From a virus, in the IMG/VR virus record IMGVR_UViG_3300027413_000002: DNA of 64,000 nt. One strand, 5' to 3'. The notes under the pieces were generated by a model. That model was not told where the DNA came from. It was given only the letters and a program-made list of their open reading frames with translations, and did not search any database. Shown piece by piece: positions 27,951 to 37,123 of this stretch (the first letter of the stretch is position 1; each line of letters begins with the position of its first letter). A program made the position numbers and the translations under genes.

Positions 27951-28613
27951 ATGTCAGCAACTCACCAATACTTTTTTCCCTGTAAGGATCTGCTTTCTCC
28001 TGAGGAGAGAATCATTCTCAAAAAACTTTGTGATGAAATATCGAGAGTCGGTGACCAATTACATGGTGGTGGTTATGAAGAAATTGCAGATCCACATTTC
28101 ATTGCTGAGATATCCAAAGTTCACGAAAACACCACCAGTAAAAATTGGTCTGGTATATCAGAACCCAGCATGATACAATCTATCCCAGAGTTTAAGCAGA
28201 AGTATCTTGACACAATCAACAACATTGTTGAGAGATACAACGGGGATGGTTGGAGATTCCTTGGGTCAAGAAATGACGAAGAATGTATTGCAATACACAG
28301 GGATCCAAAAATGGGATACATAACAAATATATCTATTCCACTCATTCCCGACTATGCATTTTTCAGACCAACAAATTTCTACACCGATCTCAATAAAGAG
28401 AGCCTGATACACCAAGCCAATTATGAGGTATTTAGATCTCCTGCGATTTTAAATATGAGAAAACCACATAATGCAGGTAATTTTTTCAGAGAACATTTGC
28501 TTGGTGTTTACAATGGTTCTAGTATAACATTTCAGGTTATGTTTCTGGACTCATATGATAACGTGAAATCAAAATTCAAACAGAAAGGTTGGTTATCGAC
28601 CACCCCTTTCTAA
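27951..28613 (+). CDS. Putative 2OG-Fe(II) oxygenase-like protein; only credible plus-strand gene
   Basis: IHRD (HxD), NISIPL, ILNMRKPHNA distal His; fills the gp62-regA gap. Confidence 0.6.
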   Translation: MSATHQYFFPCKDLLSPEERIILKKLCDEISRVGDQLHGGGYEEIADPHFIAEISKVHENTTSKNWSGISEPSMIQSIPEFKQKYLDTINNIVERYNGDGWRFLGSRNDEECIAIHRDPKMGYITNISIPLIPDYAFFRPTNFYTDLNKESLIHQANYEVFRSPAILNMRKPHNAGNFFREHLLGVYNGSSITFQVMFLDSYDNVKSKFKQKGWLSTTPF

Positions 28614-29039
28614 TTTTTTCCTTATAACTTCCAACTGCTGATCAGTCAAGATTCTCAACGCACCCTGAGCATGGGTGTCATTGTACCCATAATACTCTTT
28701 GACGATAGCCAAGTCTTCTTCCTTGATAGGTTTCAACCATTTGTTAAATCGTTTCTTGGGTCGAACAACGCCACGGAGGAAGTCAAACTGTGCCTTCTTA
28801 TCGACATGAGGTCGGCTGTTCATTTCATTACAAGCAATCACCGTGTCAGCACCATAGCTGAGTGCCTTGTTGATGATGAACGCATTGTATTGTTTCTCAG
28901 ACCAGTCGTCAACAATCATATCCGCTTTGGTGTGGTGGATGGCATTGACGAAATCAAATGGGCTGATTGTCTTTTTCTTTACTTTAAATTGTTCTTCGTC
29001 CAGCTGTACAACTGGATCTCCCATACCCTCAAGTGTCAT
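28593..29039 (-). CDS. gp62: Clamp loader small subunit (T4 gp62)
   Basis: SPFDFVNAI, FIINKALS, EMN, KEYYGY. Confidence 0.9.
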   Translation of the reverse strand: MTLEGMGDPVVQLDEEQFKVKKKTISPFDFVNAIHHTKADMIVDDWSEKQYNAFIINKALSYGADTVIACNEMNSRPHVDKKAQFDFLRGVVRPKKRFNKWLKPIKEEDLAIVKEYYGYNDTHAQGALRILTDQQLEVIRKKLERGGR

Positions 29040-29818
29040 AATATATTCCTGTAATCGAATGCAATCCTGTGCAGTAATCTGTTTTCCATTCCAGCAAACT
29101 TATGTCTCTTATGCAGCGATAACCACTGCTCGCTGATTACAATGTCGCCATCTTTCCAGTGATGGTGGTATTGATAGAATGGGTCTAAACAAAATTCTTT
29201 TAACTCGTCAAAAAATGGATCATATTCCTCATTGAATATTTGCAAGAACGGGAAATATAATCCCTCAACGCCTGCATCATTCTTATGGTAAATATCGAAT
29301 GGCTCCTCACCAACATGGTCGAAAAAATATTCGCTGTCACTTATTCGCCCTTTTTCATAACCACACCAGATCTTTTTTGTTTTTGCAGTTTCTTTCATAT
29401 GCTCTGGTAGATCTTCCCAGACCTTCGCCATATTCAACCAGCTTGTAACAGAACCCTCAGAACCTTTAACAGCATACAACCAAATGAGTGGCCATCTTTT
29501 TTTATTTGAGGTTTGATTGGCATGCCAGTCTAACTCGGATACATGTCCAAACAGACCTTCCTTACCATCTTCGTCTTTTGCCCCAGTAACCCGAAGAACA
29601 TTTTCGTTAACAGCAATTGGTTTTGTAAAATGTTTGATGTGTTCTTGTTCGTGATAATTCTCAACCTCACCAATCATCTTACAGAATCTGACTTGATCTT
29701 CTGGTGTCAGGTTTTTTTGGTCTTTAATTACGACAACTATATTTTCAAGTAATGCTTCACCGACTATTTCAGCCGTTGCTTCAGTAGCATTTTTTATATC
29801 AACTTCTAAGTTCAACAT
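29036..29818 (-). CDS. TauD/TfdA-family dioxygenase
   Basis: VVVIKDQ..LTPEDQVRF, LDWHAN, HHWKDGDIVI, LHKR, RLLHRI. Confidence 0.82.
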   Translation of the reverse strand: MLNLEVDIKNATEATAEIVGEALLENIVVVIKDQKNLTPEDQVRFCKMIGEVENYHEQEHIKHFTKPIAVNENVLRVTGAKDEDGKEGLFGHVSELDWHANQTSNKKRWPLIWLYAVKGSEGSVTSWLNMAKVWEDLPEHMKETAKTKKIWCGYEKGRISDSEYFFDHVGEEPFDIYHKNDAGVEGLYFPFLQIFNEEYDPFFDELKEFCLDPFYQYHHHWKDGDIVISEQWLSLHKRHKFAGMENRLLHRIAFDYRNIL

Positions 29819-30740
29819 TCGCCATAATCTCCGTGAGGCAAGCAGTCAAATTAATTTCCTGGTCGGCAACAAAAGCTGCCTTGTATTGATAGTCTGCAAT
29901 GAGAAGAACAAGTTGTGGAACTTGCGCTGCTTTGTCCAAGAGCGTATCGTAGATCTTACGATAAACACCTTGCGGGTCTGCGTCAACATTGTTGGCGACC
30001 CATTGGCGCATTTTCTTCCAGTCCTTGTCACGCAGACTATCAACCAGTGCTTTGGTATTTACTTCAGCGAGGTTAGAAAGGATTCCCTCGTCAATTTTAC
30101 CAGACACACTATAGCGTTGCAATTCATTGAGGACACGTCGATAATCAGGAAAATGTTTCATCAAAAGTTCAGCAAGGACTTTTTCAGAATACTCAACATT
30201 TTCTTGGTCGAGGATACGAGCCATTCGCTTCATAAAGCGAGCCGCCATCTGTTGGCGATTGGTCTTATCGAGTTTAAAATCCACGACCGTGGTTCGACTG
30301 TGTAACGGATCGATAATCCTGTTCTTAAAGTTACAGGTAAATATGAACCGACAGTTTGATGAGAACTCCTCAATGAATGCACGCAAGGCAGGTTGTGTTG
30401 AATTAGGATTCAGATAATCTGCTTCGTCAAGAATAACCACTTTTGGCTTGCCCACAAAGGACATAGTACTGGCGAAGTCTTTGATCTTTGTCCGAAGAAC
30501 ATCAATCCCAGACTCCTCAGAGCCATTGATAATAATATAGTCACATCCTAATTCATTACACAACGCACGAGCGACCGTCGTCTTGCCCGTGCCAGCAGTA
30601 CCACATAACAGCAAGTTCGAAATCTCTCCAGCTTCCACGAACTGTTGGAATGTATCCAAGAGAGAGGAGGGAAGAATACATTCCTCCAGTGTTTGTGGGC
30701 GGTATTTTTCAACCCAAAGAAATTCGTCTTGCTTCATCAT
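29799..30740 (-). CDS. gp44: Clamp loader large subunit (T4 gp44)
   Basis: WVEKYRP, GTAGTGKT, ILDEAD, LHSR. Confidence 0.96.
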   Translation of the reverse strand: MMKQDEFLWVEKYRPQTLEECILPSSLLDTFQQFVEAGEISNLLLCGTAGTGKTTVARALCNELGCDYIIINGSEESGIDVLRTKIKDFASTMSFVGKPKVVILDEADYLNPNSTQPALRAFIEEFSSNCRFIFTCNFKNRIIDPLHSRTTVVDFKLDKTNRQQMAARFMKRMARILDQENVEYSEKVLAELLMKHFPDYRRVLNELQRYSVSGKIDEGILSNLAEVNTKALVDSLRDKDWKKMRQWVANNVDADPQGVYRKIYDTLLDKAAQVPQLVLLIADYQYKAAFVADQEINLTACLTEIMANVELRS

Positions 30741-30749
30741 ATAATACTC

Positions 30750-31355
30750 CTATCCAATTTTATCTTCAGAACCTATACCATCTGATAGGTTCAACTGTAA
30801 CGCTTCACCACCTGTATCATACTCCCTTCCTTCCAAAAAGGCAAGGATATTCTGCGGAGAAGATACACCATATGGGTCGTCCAAAGCATTGTTTGTAAAA
30901 CCTCGTTCAACGAACGTCTGTTCGATCTCAAAGTTCTTCACAATCATAGCATAACGCCATGAACGAATACCGAAGCCAAGGTTGTCCTTGTAAACATCCA
31001 TTCCCATGGAAGAAGTAAACTTACCAGATCCATCTGGGATTACTTTGACGTGTTCAAGTCCTTGATCTTCTGCCCACTTATTCATCACAAAGGTATCATT
31101 TACTGATACACAGAAGATGTTTTCAACACCTGCCTTCTGAAACCGAGGATATAACTCCTCGAAATCAGGAAGCTGGAATGTAGAACAAGTGGGAGTGAAG
31201 GCTCCAGGAAGTGCGAAGATAACACACTTCTCTCGACCTACAATCTCATGGGATAATTGCATTTCCCATGCGAAAGGATTATCACCACCAACGGATTCAT
31301 CTCGAACACGGACGTGGTGTACCACATTTGGAATGCGGTGTGGAAATAAAGGCAT
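30750..31355 (-). CDS. Peroxiredoxin (Prx5 type)
   Basis: LPGAFTPTCS, SVNDTFVM, RSWRYAM. Confidence 0.92.
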   Translation of the reverse strand: MPLFPHRIPNVVHHVRVRDESVGGDNPFAWEMQLSHEIVGREKCVIFALPGAFTPTCSTFQLPDFEELYPRFQKAGVENIFCVSVNDTFVMNKWAEDQGLEHVKVIPDGSGKFTSSMGMDVYKDNLGFGIRSWRYAMIVKNFEIEQTFVERGFTNNALDDPYGVSSPQNILAFLEGREYDTGGEALQLNLSDGIGSEDKIG

Positions 31356-31364
31356 GGTGTCTCC

Positions 31365-32021
31365 TTAAATTACAGAGTTTGGCTCGAGAGCCAGCCAGTA
31401 TTTCATAGTCCCTGATTCATTTTCAAGGAACATAAACTTCTTTTGTGACAAGACGATCTTATAAGAATCGGCAATCACTTTGAAGTTCTCAACAGCGAGA
31501 CGGCAATCAAACTCTTTATCAGTCTCACCAATAACCTGACGGAAGGTGTTACTACGAGGAGTTGATGGGTCACCGACAGACAATGTCACTTCACCGTCAC
31601 GACCAACAACACTCATTACTGGTGCACTGATAACAGAAGCAGCACGAGTGATAGTCGTGATTTGCTCTTTATCCATCGTGAATTCAAAGAAGTTATCGAC
31701 ATCAATAGTCTTGTCAGGGGCAGCAGTAATGATAGATGGGTCTGCGTAGAAATACTCAAACTCAGCACCACCGCTGTTGATTTTTAAACTCCCTTCACCA
31801 AGATCAAGATCTGGAGTATCAGTGAATGTCAGCAAACCCAACAGGCTGTTGAGGTCATAGATAGCGAACTCTTTGTCAAAAGATTCCGTCACTGTGGCGC
31901 GGGAGAAAATGTTCTTGCCAGCACTGATAGTGGCAAGGGTGTTACCTTCACGAACTAGAATGTTCGAGTTAATCGTTGCGAAGTTTTTTAAGACTTCAAG
32001 GGTTGGTTTAGAAATGTTCAT
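31365..32021 (-). CDS. gp45: Sliding clamp (T4 gp45)
   Basis: LKNFATINSNI, FAIYDL, YWLALE; likely start 32021. Confidence 0.93.
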   Translation of the reverse strand: MNISKPTLEVLKNFATINSNILVREGNTLATISAGKNIFSRATVTESFDKEFAIYDLNSLLGLLTFTDTPDLDLGEGSLKINSGGAEFEYFYADPSIITAAPDKTIDVDNFFEFTMDKEQITTITRAASVISAPVMSVVGRDGEVTLSVGDPSTPRSNTFRQVIGETDKEFDCRLAVENFKVIADSYKIVLSQKKFMFLENESGTMKYWLALEPNSVI

Positions 32022-32056
32022 AATATAGTTCCTCTTTCTTTTCAAGTAGTTTCATA

Positions 32057-32085
32057 ATAATACATCATTAGTGCGCAATAGTCAA
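32057..32085 (-). promoter_or_regulatory. Sigma70-like early promoter (gp45)
   Basis: gcTTGACT-17 nt-TATTAT. Confidence 0.7.
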
Positions 32086-32405
32086 GCATCTTCTTCATAT
32101 TTTTTCAACTCAAATGTCAAGTTCGGATGTATCTCGTAAAAATCTACATCTTCTTGATTGACAGTTTGAGAGAAAAGGTTGATAATTTCTTCGAGTTGAT
32201 CTTCATCACTCAATTTAATGGTAGTTGTGAGAGAAAGACCATCGATTGATATATGTTGTGAAAACATCCCAGAGTATTCGTCAACTTTTATTTTTATTTC
32301 TTCATAAATTCTTATAGTATCAACATTGGGTTCAGATGGACCAAACATATCACCAAGAGAATTTCGAGTTATTATATAATCTATGCAGTAATTTCTTGAA
32401 GACAT
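32082..32405 (-). CDS. Small acidic hypothetical protein
   Basis: 107 aa, Asp/Glu-rich, overlaps upstream gene; last of the five-gene cassette. Confidence 0.55.
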   Translation of the reverse strand: MSSRNYCIDYIITRNSLGDMFGPSEPNVDTIRIYEEIKIKVDEYSGMFSQHISIDGLSLTTTIKLSDEDQLEEIINLFSQTVNQEDVDFYEIHPNLTFELKKYEEDA

Positions 32406-32968
32406 TTTAAAATTTCTTTCTCATAATCGTCATAGTTTAGATACAGTGCAGTCTGTTCAGTGTACTTATAATTCACAGGTGATTCATATTCCACGAATGG
32501 CATATTAGGAAATACCGTGTAGTCATTCTTCTTTGGATCGACAGTTTTTGACAAACTCTTCAATCTCCACCTATTATGCTCGTTCACAAAAAACATCATA
32601 GCGCGGTAATCATCTTTTGCAAATCTTACAACGTGATGAACAAGTTTTTGAATCACAGTTATACTTTTCTTTATGCCTAGATCTGGTATCACGTATAGTC
32701 TGACAGGGCAGACGAATATATTCTTATCGCCTTCATATGGATAGAACCCCATACCGCCAAGATACTTATCGTCTTCTTCGTATGCGAAATATCCACCCTC
32801 ATCATACGCCTTCTGTTTGAAGATCTGGTGCAGCAATGTTTCTGGGCGATCCCACCAATCTAAGAATTCTATGTTTTCAGCGGTTGGGTCTGTATTAAAC
32901 TCAGCGGTCTTACACATATCAAAGAGTTTATTATCAACAATGTGTTGACTATCTATCCTCACGAACAT
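32381..32968 (-). CDS. Putative GNAT-like acyltransferase
   Basis: YFAYEEDDKYLGGMGF beta hairpin then RLYVIP, later MFFVNEHN; fold inferred only. Confidence 0.4.
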   Translation of the reverse strand: MFVRIDSQHIVDNKLFDMCKTAEFNTDPTAENIEFLDWWDRPETLLHQIFKQKAYDEGGYFAYEEDDKYLGGMGFYPYEGDKNIFVCPVRLYVIPDLGIKKSITVIQKLVHHVVRFAKDDYRAMMFFVNEHNRWRLKSLSKTVDPKKNDYTVFPNMPFVEYESPVNYKYTEQTALYLNYDDYEKEILKCLQEITA

Positions 32969-33668
32969 TCAGAAACCTTATAAAAAATTGGTATGGCGCG
33001 TCGATCAAACCGAACCTTGGGATTCCTGGATTCTTATGATGGAACTGATGGTACAACTCACCGCTATATAATATTGAGAGGAGAGCATTGTTGACTGGTT
33101 TTTTATTTGGATGGCCAAGAAGATTCAAGGTGACTTGGAAAATATATGCAACACCAATCGTTGCCGCCCAGAAACCACCCAGACCAGACGCGATCATTAA
33201 ACCCCCAGAGAGGATTGCAATTTCCCAATACCATCTTGCCTGAAATCCATATAGTCTATCTCTTATCATCCATCTCGGTATTGATGTTACAGATGGTACA
33301 CCATTGAATACCATAAAATTATCGAAAACACTATGTACGTTTCCATGTGGATCCTTTTCCGTGTCTGTAAATCTATGATGGTTTCTATGTACGGATGCCC
33401 ATCCCATACTCGGTGTCAATACGAATGCGTTACATAAGAACAGACTGACAATCTCTACAAACCTCGATGGTTGCCAAGACTTATGAGAACAGTATCGATG
33501 TTGAAACCCAGAAATAAGATATCCAACAAGAAGATTACTCGCGACCAACCAAACCAACAACTCAAAGATAGGCAATGTCGGTATCCAAAAGACTGAATAT
33601 AATGTGCACATAACGTAGAACGCTGTGTGCATATATCCTGTCTTGTTACCGATTAGGGTTATTAGCAT
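32949..33668 (-). CDS. Membrane fatty-acid desaturase (delta-9/OLE1-like)
   Basis: Three His boxes HRYCSH, HRNHH (HHRFTDTEKDPH), HQFHH; NLLGH; TM helices. Confidence 0.9.
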   Translation of the reverse strand: MLITLIGNKTGYMHTAFYVMCTLYSVFWIPTLPIFELLVWLVASNLLVGYLISGFQHRYCSHKSWQPSRFVEIVSLFLCNAFVLTPSMGWASVHRNHHRFTDTEKDPHGNVHSVFDNFMVFNGVPSVTSIPRWMIRDRLYGFQARWYWEIAILSGGLMIASGLGGFWAATIGVAYIFQVTLNLLGHPNKKPVNNALLSILYSGELYHQFHHKNPGIPRFGLIDAPYQFFIRFLNVREDR

Positions 33669-34843
33669 TATACTTCCAGAACTAATGAGGACGATTTACC
33701 ACCAAAGGCAAACGAATTCTTCACTGCAATTTTTTTAGTTAGTTTCTGTTTGTATTTATACACATATTCCAAATCACAATCATCGATGTTGAAATTTTTT
33801 GGTATGACGCCATTACACAAACACATCACACTATAGATTGTCTCGTTGATTCCACTCGCTGCAAGAGAGTGACCGATCTTAGACTTAAAACTCAACACAG
33901 GAGTTTCAGGAATGACTGCTTGTATTGCTGCATACTCTAGGTCATCGCCAATTGGTGTTGAAGTGCCATGTGCGTTTACGAATGCAACATCATCAAGATC
34001 AATACCATTTGTAACAGCAGACATCGATGCTTTCGCGCCAGTCATACTTAAATCAGGAGAGGTGGGGCTACCGAGCGCACCATCTGTGTGGTGTGAGATG
34101 TTGTTTATGTAAGCGATTATTCCAGCACCACGTGCCTTTGCGTCAGACTCTTTTTCTAGGACGAGACAACCAGCACCCTCACCCATAATGAATCCATCTC
34201 GGTTACTATCAAAGGGACTCGATTTTGTACCGAGAGCACCCAATTGATTGAAGAGATACATATCATCGTCTACAGCAGGAGTATCTGTGCCGCCAACAAT
34301 TACATACTTGTGAGTCTTTAGAAGGTGTGTTGCATAGTCGATCGAATATAACCCTGTTGCGCATGCTGCATCCATACTAACACAAGCACCGCGATAGTCA
34401 AAGGTTTGACTGATCAGTCCAGCTGTAAAATCATTTAGATATTGGACAGCAGTTCTTGGTGACAGACGTTTACCATCACGCATCTTGTCAATGAATGGTC
34501 CAGCCTCAGTTTGTGGTTTGGCTGCAACCGAACTGAATACAACAGCTACATCGGTGCTGTCCATACCTGCAGTCGCCTGTTGCACAACGTGGAGTGCATT
34601 CTTAGAAGCCACAGTAAGAGAATTGTGCATCGGTTTGCGGATGCCTTCTGGAATATTGTATTCGGGAACAGAAGTCTTAAAACACTTCAACCCTTTGAGA
34701 GATTCAATCTCTGTCTCAAACTCTACAGGATCGATATATTCTTCACTCAACATATTTTCGAAACATTCCATCGGACTTGTTCCGAGGTTGTCAACGATTC
34801 CCACACCTGTTATTACAATTCTATCATTCATTTCCATACTCAA
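33668..34843 (-). CDS. fabF: Beta-ketoacyl-ACP synthase (FabF/FabB family)
   Basis: IVITGVG, AACATG (Cys), NAHGTST and KSKIGHSL (His pair), RDGFIMGEGAG, NSFAFGG. Confidence 0.9.
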   Translation of the reverse strand: MSMEMNDRIVITGVGIVDNLGTSPMECFENMLSEEYIDPVEFETEIESLKGLKCFKTSVPEYNIPEGIRKPMHNSLTVASKNALHVVQQATAGMDSTDVAVVFSSVAAKPQTEAGPFIDKMRDGKRLSPRTAVQYLNDFTAGLISQTFDYRGACVSMDAACATGLYSIDYATHLLKTHKYVIVGGTDTPAVDDDMYLFNQLGALGTKSSPFDSNRDGFIMGEGAGCLVLEKESDAKARGAGIIAYINNISHHTDGALGSPTSPDLSMTGAKASMSAVTNGIDLDDVAFVNAHGTSTPIGDDLEYAAIQAVIPETPVLSFKSKIGHSLAASGINETIYSVMCLCNGVIPKNFNIDDCDLEYVYKYKQKLTKKIAVKNSFAFGGKSSSLVLEV

Positions 34844-35594
34844 TCATCATTGTCTTGATGTTATCTAACATTTTATTGTTTTTGATCGACTCCATAACCT
34901 GACCATCATCAGAGAAGTCATACATATACAGGAAATCCTCATCAGTCGAGGAGATCTCATGCACCTTCAGTAACTTTTTAACTTGAAGGAAATGTAAAAG
35001 ATCCTCGGCAATGTCGAGGCTCTCATTGAATTTATAATTTGCCGCAGCACGGCTGTATAGAAGATACCGATTAAATGGCTCTCCATTGAAAGTCTGAGAA
35101 CGAATAAACTCTTTGTATTTGAAGTAATAGTCTAGATCTTCCTTTTCCCAAGTCAGACCGTGGCGCATAATCTTGGGCAGTGTTTCAATATCGCTCAATG
35201 TGATCTTCTTACCGCTAGAGGATATTGCATATCCGTTAGTCAGGCATGCAACATCAAACTCGTTGTTTTCGATCTCCTCATGTAATCGAGCAATACAAGT
35301 TTCAGAAATGTAATCATCTCCATCGATCTGAAGGAGATAATCAGCGTCAGTAGCGAGGAAGTATCTCAGGACAGAGTTCTTTCCCATTCCTGGAGTCCCG
35401 TTCGACTTTGTTTTTGTCACAGGGAATCTATGATCAAAAGAAATTTGGGTCGCCAGAGAAGAGTAGTCGGCATCAGTTGTATTAATAACGACGATCCGCT
35501 CATGAGGAGAGAGGTTTGAGTTCACGGATTCCAAACACCGCTTCAACTTCTCTGGCTTCCCATTGGTCAGGATAGCGACCAAAACTTTAGCCAT
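34824..35594 (-). CDS. Glycosyltransferase family 2 (GT-A)
   Basis: LVAILT...LKRCLESV, GKNSVL, IDGDD (DxD), AED; likely start MAKVLV. Confidence 0.78.
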   Translation of the reverse strand: MAKVLVAILTNGKPEKLKRCLESVNSNLSPHERIVVINTTDADYSSLATQISFDHRFPVTKTKSNGTPGMGKNSVLRYFLATDADYLLQIDGDDYISETCIARLHEEIENNEFDVACLTNGYAISSSGKKITLSDIETLPKIMRHGLTWEKEDLDYYFKYKEFIRSQTFNGEPFNRYLLYSRAAANYKFNESLDIAEDLLHFLQVKKLLKVHEISSTDEDFLYMYDFSDDGQVMESIKNNKMLDNIKTMMIEYGNE

Positions 35595-35904
35595 CTGAAT
35601 GTTCCTTGTCGTGAACATACAGAGCAATTAAACCATAATGCAAGACTTTCAGTAAGTCTTTGCGATTGTATCCATCTTTGTTTCCATAGCGTTGAGCATA
35701 CTTCATAATGTTGCCGATGGTGAAACCCTCACCATGACCGCCATCAATAATAAACTCAGTGGCTTGAAATTTGTTTTGCGAATAATGCTCGCCATACGTG
35801 GCATCAACATACTTCTGAAGGTCAGCCATCAACTGACCCTCATTGTATTTGTAATCAATCAATCCATATTCCTCAGCAGTTATTTCCATAGACTCGGACA
35901 TCAC
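35587..35904 (-). CDS. Conserved T4-like protein (DUF3310-like)
   Basis: HYSQ, GNIMKYAQRYGNKDG...DLLKVLHY. Confidence 0.7.
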   Translation of the reverse strand: MMSESMEITAEEYGLIDYKYNEGQLMADLQKYVDATYGEHYSQNKFQATEFIIDGGHGEGFTIGNIMKYAQRYGNKDGYNRKDLLKVLHYGLIALYVHDKEHSDG

Positions 35905-35907
35905 TTT

Positions 35908-37062
35908 CTACTTTCCAAATAATTCATCTAATTCATCTTGAGACGCAACAACAGTCTCATCATCAGTCAGCGCACCAGCATCGACCTTGGTATACAGGTC
36001 AATGAATGCCGCACGAGTATCTTCATCGAAGCGATTCACGCACATCTCGATCGCTTTAAGGCGGTCATCGAACATAGCGTAGGCATTGACGATGTGCTCA
36101 ATACGACGAGTTGATACGAGGTCATCGATCGCGCCTTCGTTAAAGGTCTTGCGGATAACGTCAGCCCAGCGAACCAGCTTCTCAGCGAAGTCCTCATCGA
36201 CCTTACCGACACGCTGCATCTTGCCAAGCACGATACGCTTCTCTTGTGATTCAGTAGGAAACTGTTGCTCAATAGTGATAGCAAAACGCTCAAGGAATGC
36301 CTCATCAAGAATCTGGGCAGAGATAAACTTGCCATCATCAGAGCCACGACCCTTGGTGTTAGCAGTAGCGACAACAGTGAAGCCAGCAGAAGGTGCGACC
36401 ATCTCACCAGTCTTCTTGTTGAAGTATGGCTTACCCTCAAGGATAGCCTGCAGACACATCAGCTTGTTAGAGCCACGATCCAGTTCGTCTAGAATCAGAA
36501 CCGAGCCACGCTTCATGGCGGTCAAAACTGGACCTTCACGATACACGACATTGCCATCAACCAGCGTGTTACCACCGATCAAATCATCCTCGTCAGTCTC
36601 AACAGAGATATTGACGCGGATCGCTTCACGCTTTAGTTTAGCGCAAATTTGCTCGATCATCGTGGTCTTACCATTACCTGATAGACCAGAGATGAAGGTA
36701 GGATAGAACAGACCAGACTTGATAATCTTGGTCAGGTCTTTGTGGAAGCCGAACGCCACATAGGTGGGGTCGACCACGGGGACGAGGTTATCAACCTCAA
36801 CTGCAAGTTTGGCTTGCGTCACGACTTTTGCATCCTGTACTGGGGCAGGAGCGGTCACAGGAGCATTATTGCTCACAACAACCTTCAACCCTGCTGCATC
36901 TACAGCGTATTTATTGTATCCAACTTTGTTCTCGCGAAAGAACCAGTGGGGGTATGATATGCCGAGATCCTCAACGATCTGGGCAACTTCTGGACGACTG
37001 AATGTCTCTTGACTCTTGGCATTCAGGGCTTCAAATAGCTTCTCACGATTCAACTTACTCAT
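35908..37062 (-). CDS. cobS: CobS/MoxR-like AAA+ ATPase
   Basis: GLSGNGKT, DEDDLIGG, LDELD, TANTKGRG, AFLERF, STRR. Confidence 0.9.
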   Translation of the reverse strand: MSKLNREKLFEALNAKSQETFSRPEVAQIVEDLGISYPHWFFRENKVGYNKYAVDAAGLKVVVSNNAPVTAPAPVQDAKVVTQAKLAVEVDNLVPVVDPTYVAFGFHKDLTKIIKSGLFYPTFISGLSGNGKTTMIEQICAKLKREAIRVNISVETDEDDLIGGNTLVDGNVVYREGPVLTAMKRGSVLILDELDRGSNKLMCLQAILEGKPYFNKKTGEMVAPSAGFTVVATANTKGRGSDDGKFISAQILDEAFLERFAITIEQQFPTESQEKRIVLGKMQRVGKVDEDFAEKLVRWADVIRKTFNEGAIDDLVSTRRIEHIVNAYAMFDDRLKAIEMCVNRFDEDTRAAFIDLYTKVDAGALTDDETVVASQDELDELFGK

Positions 37063-37094
37063 AACATAATCCTCTCTCATCAAGTTATATACAT

Positions 37095-37123
37095 ATTATC
37101 GCTCATTCGAGCACAAAAGTCAA
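37095..37123 (-). promoter_or_regulatory. Sigma70-like early promoter (cobS)
   Basis: gcTTGACT-17 nt-GATAAT. Confidence 0.75.

Noticed and set aside
32082-32405. Acyl carrier protein call for the small acidic ORF
   Set aside because: No (D/G)xDSL phosphopantetheine motif; left as hypothetical
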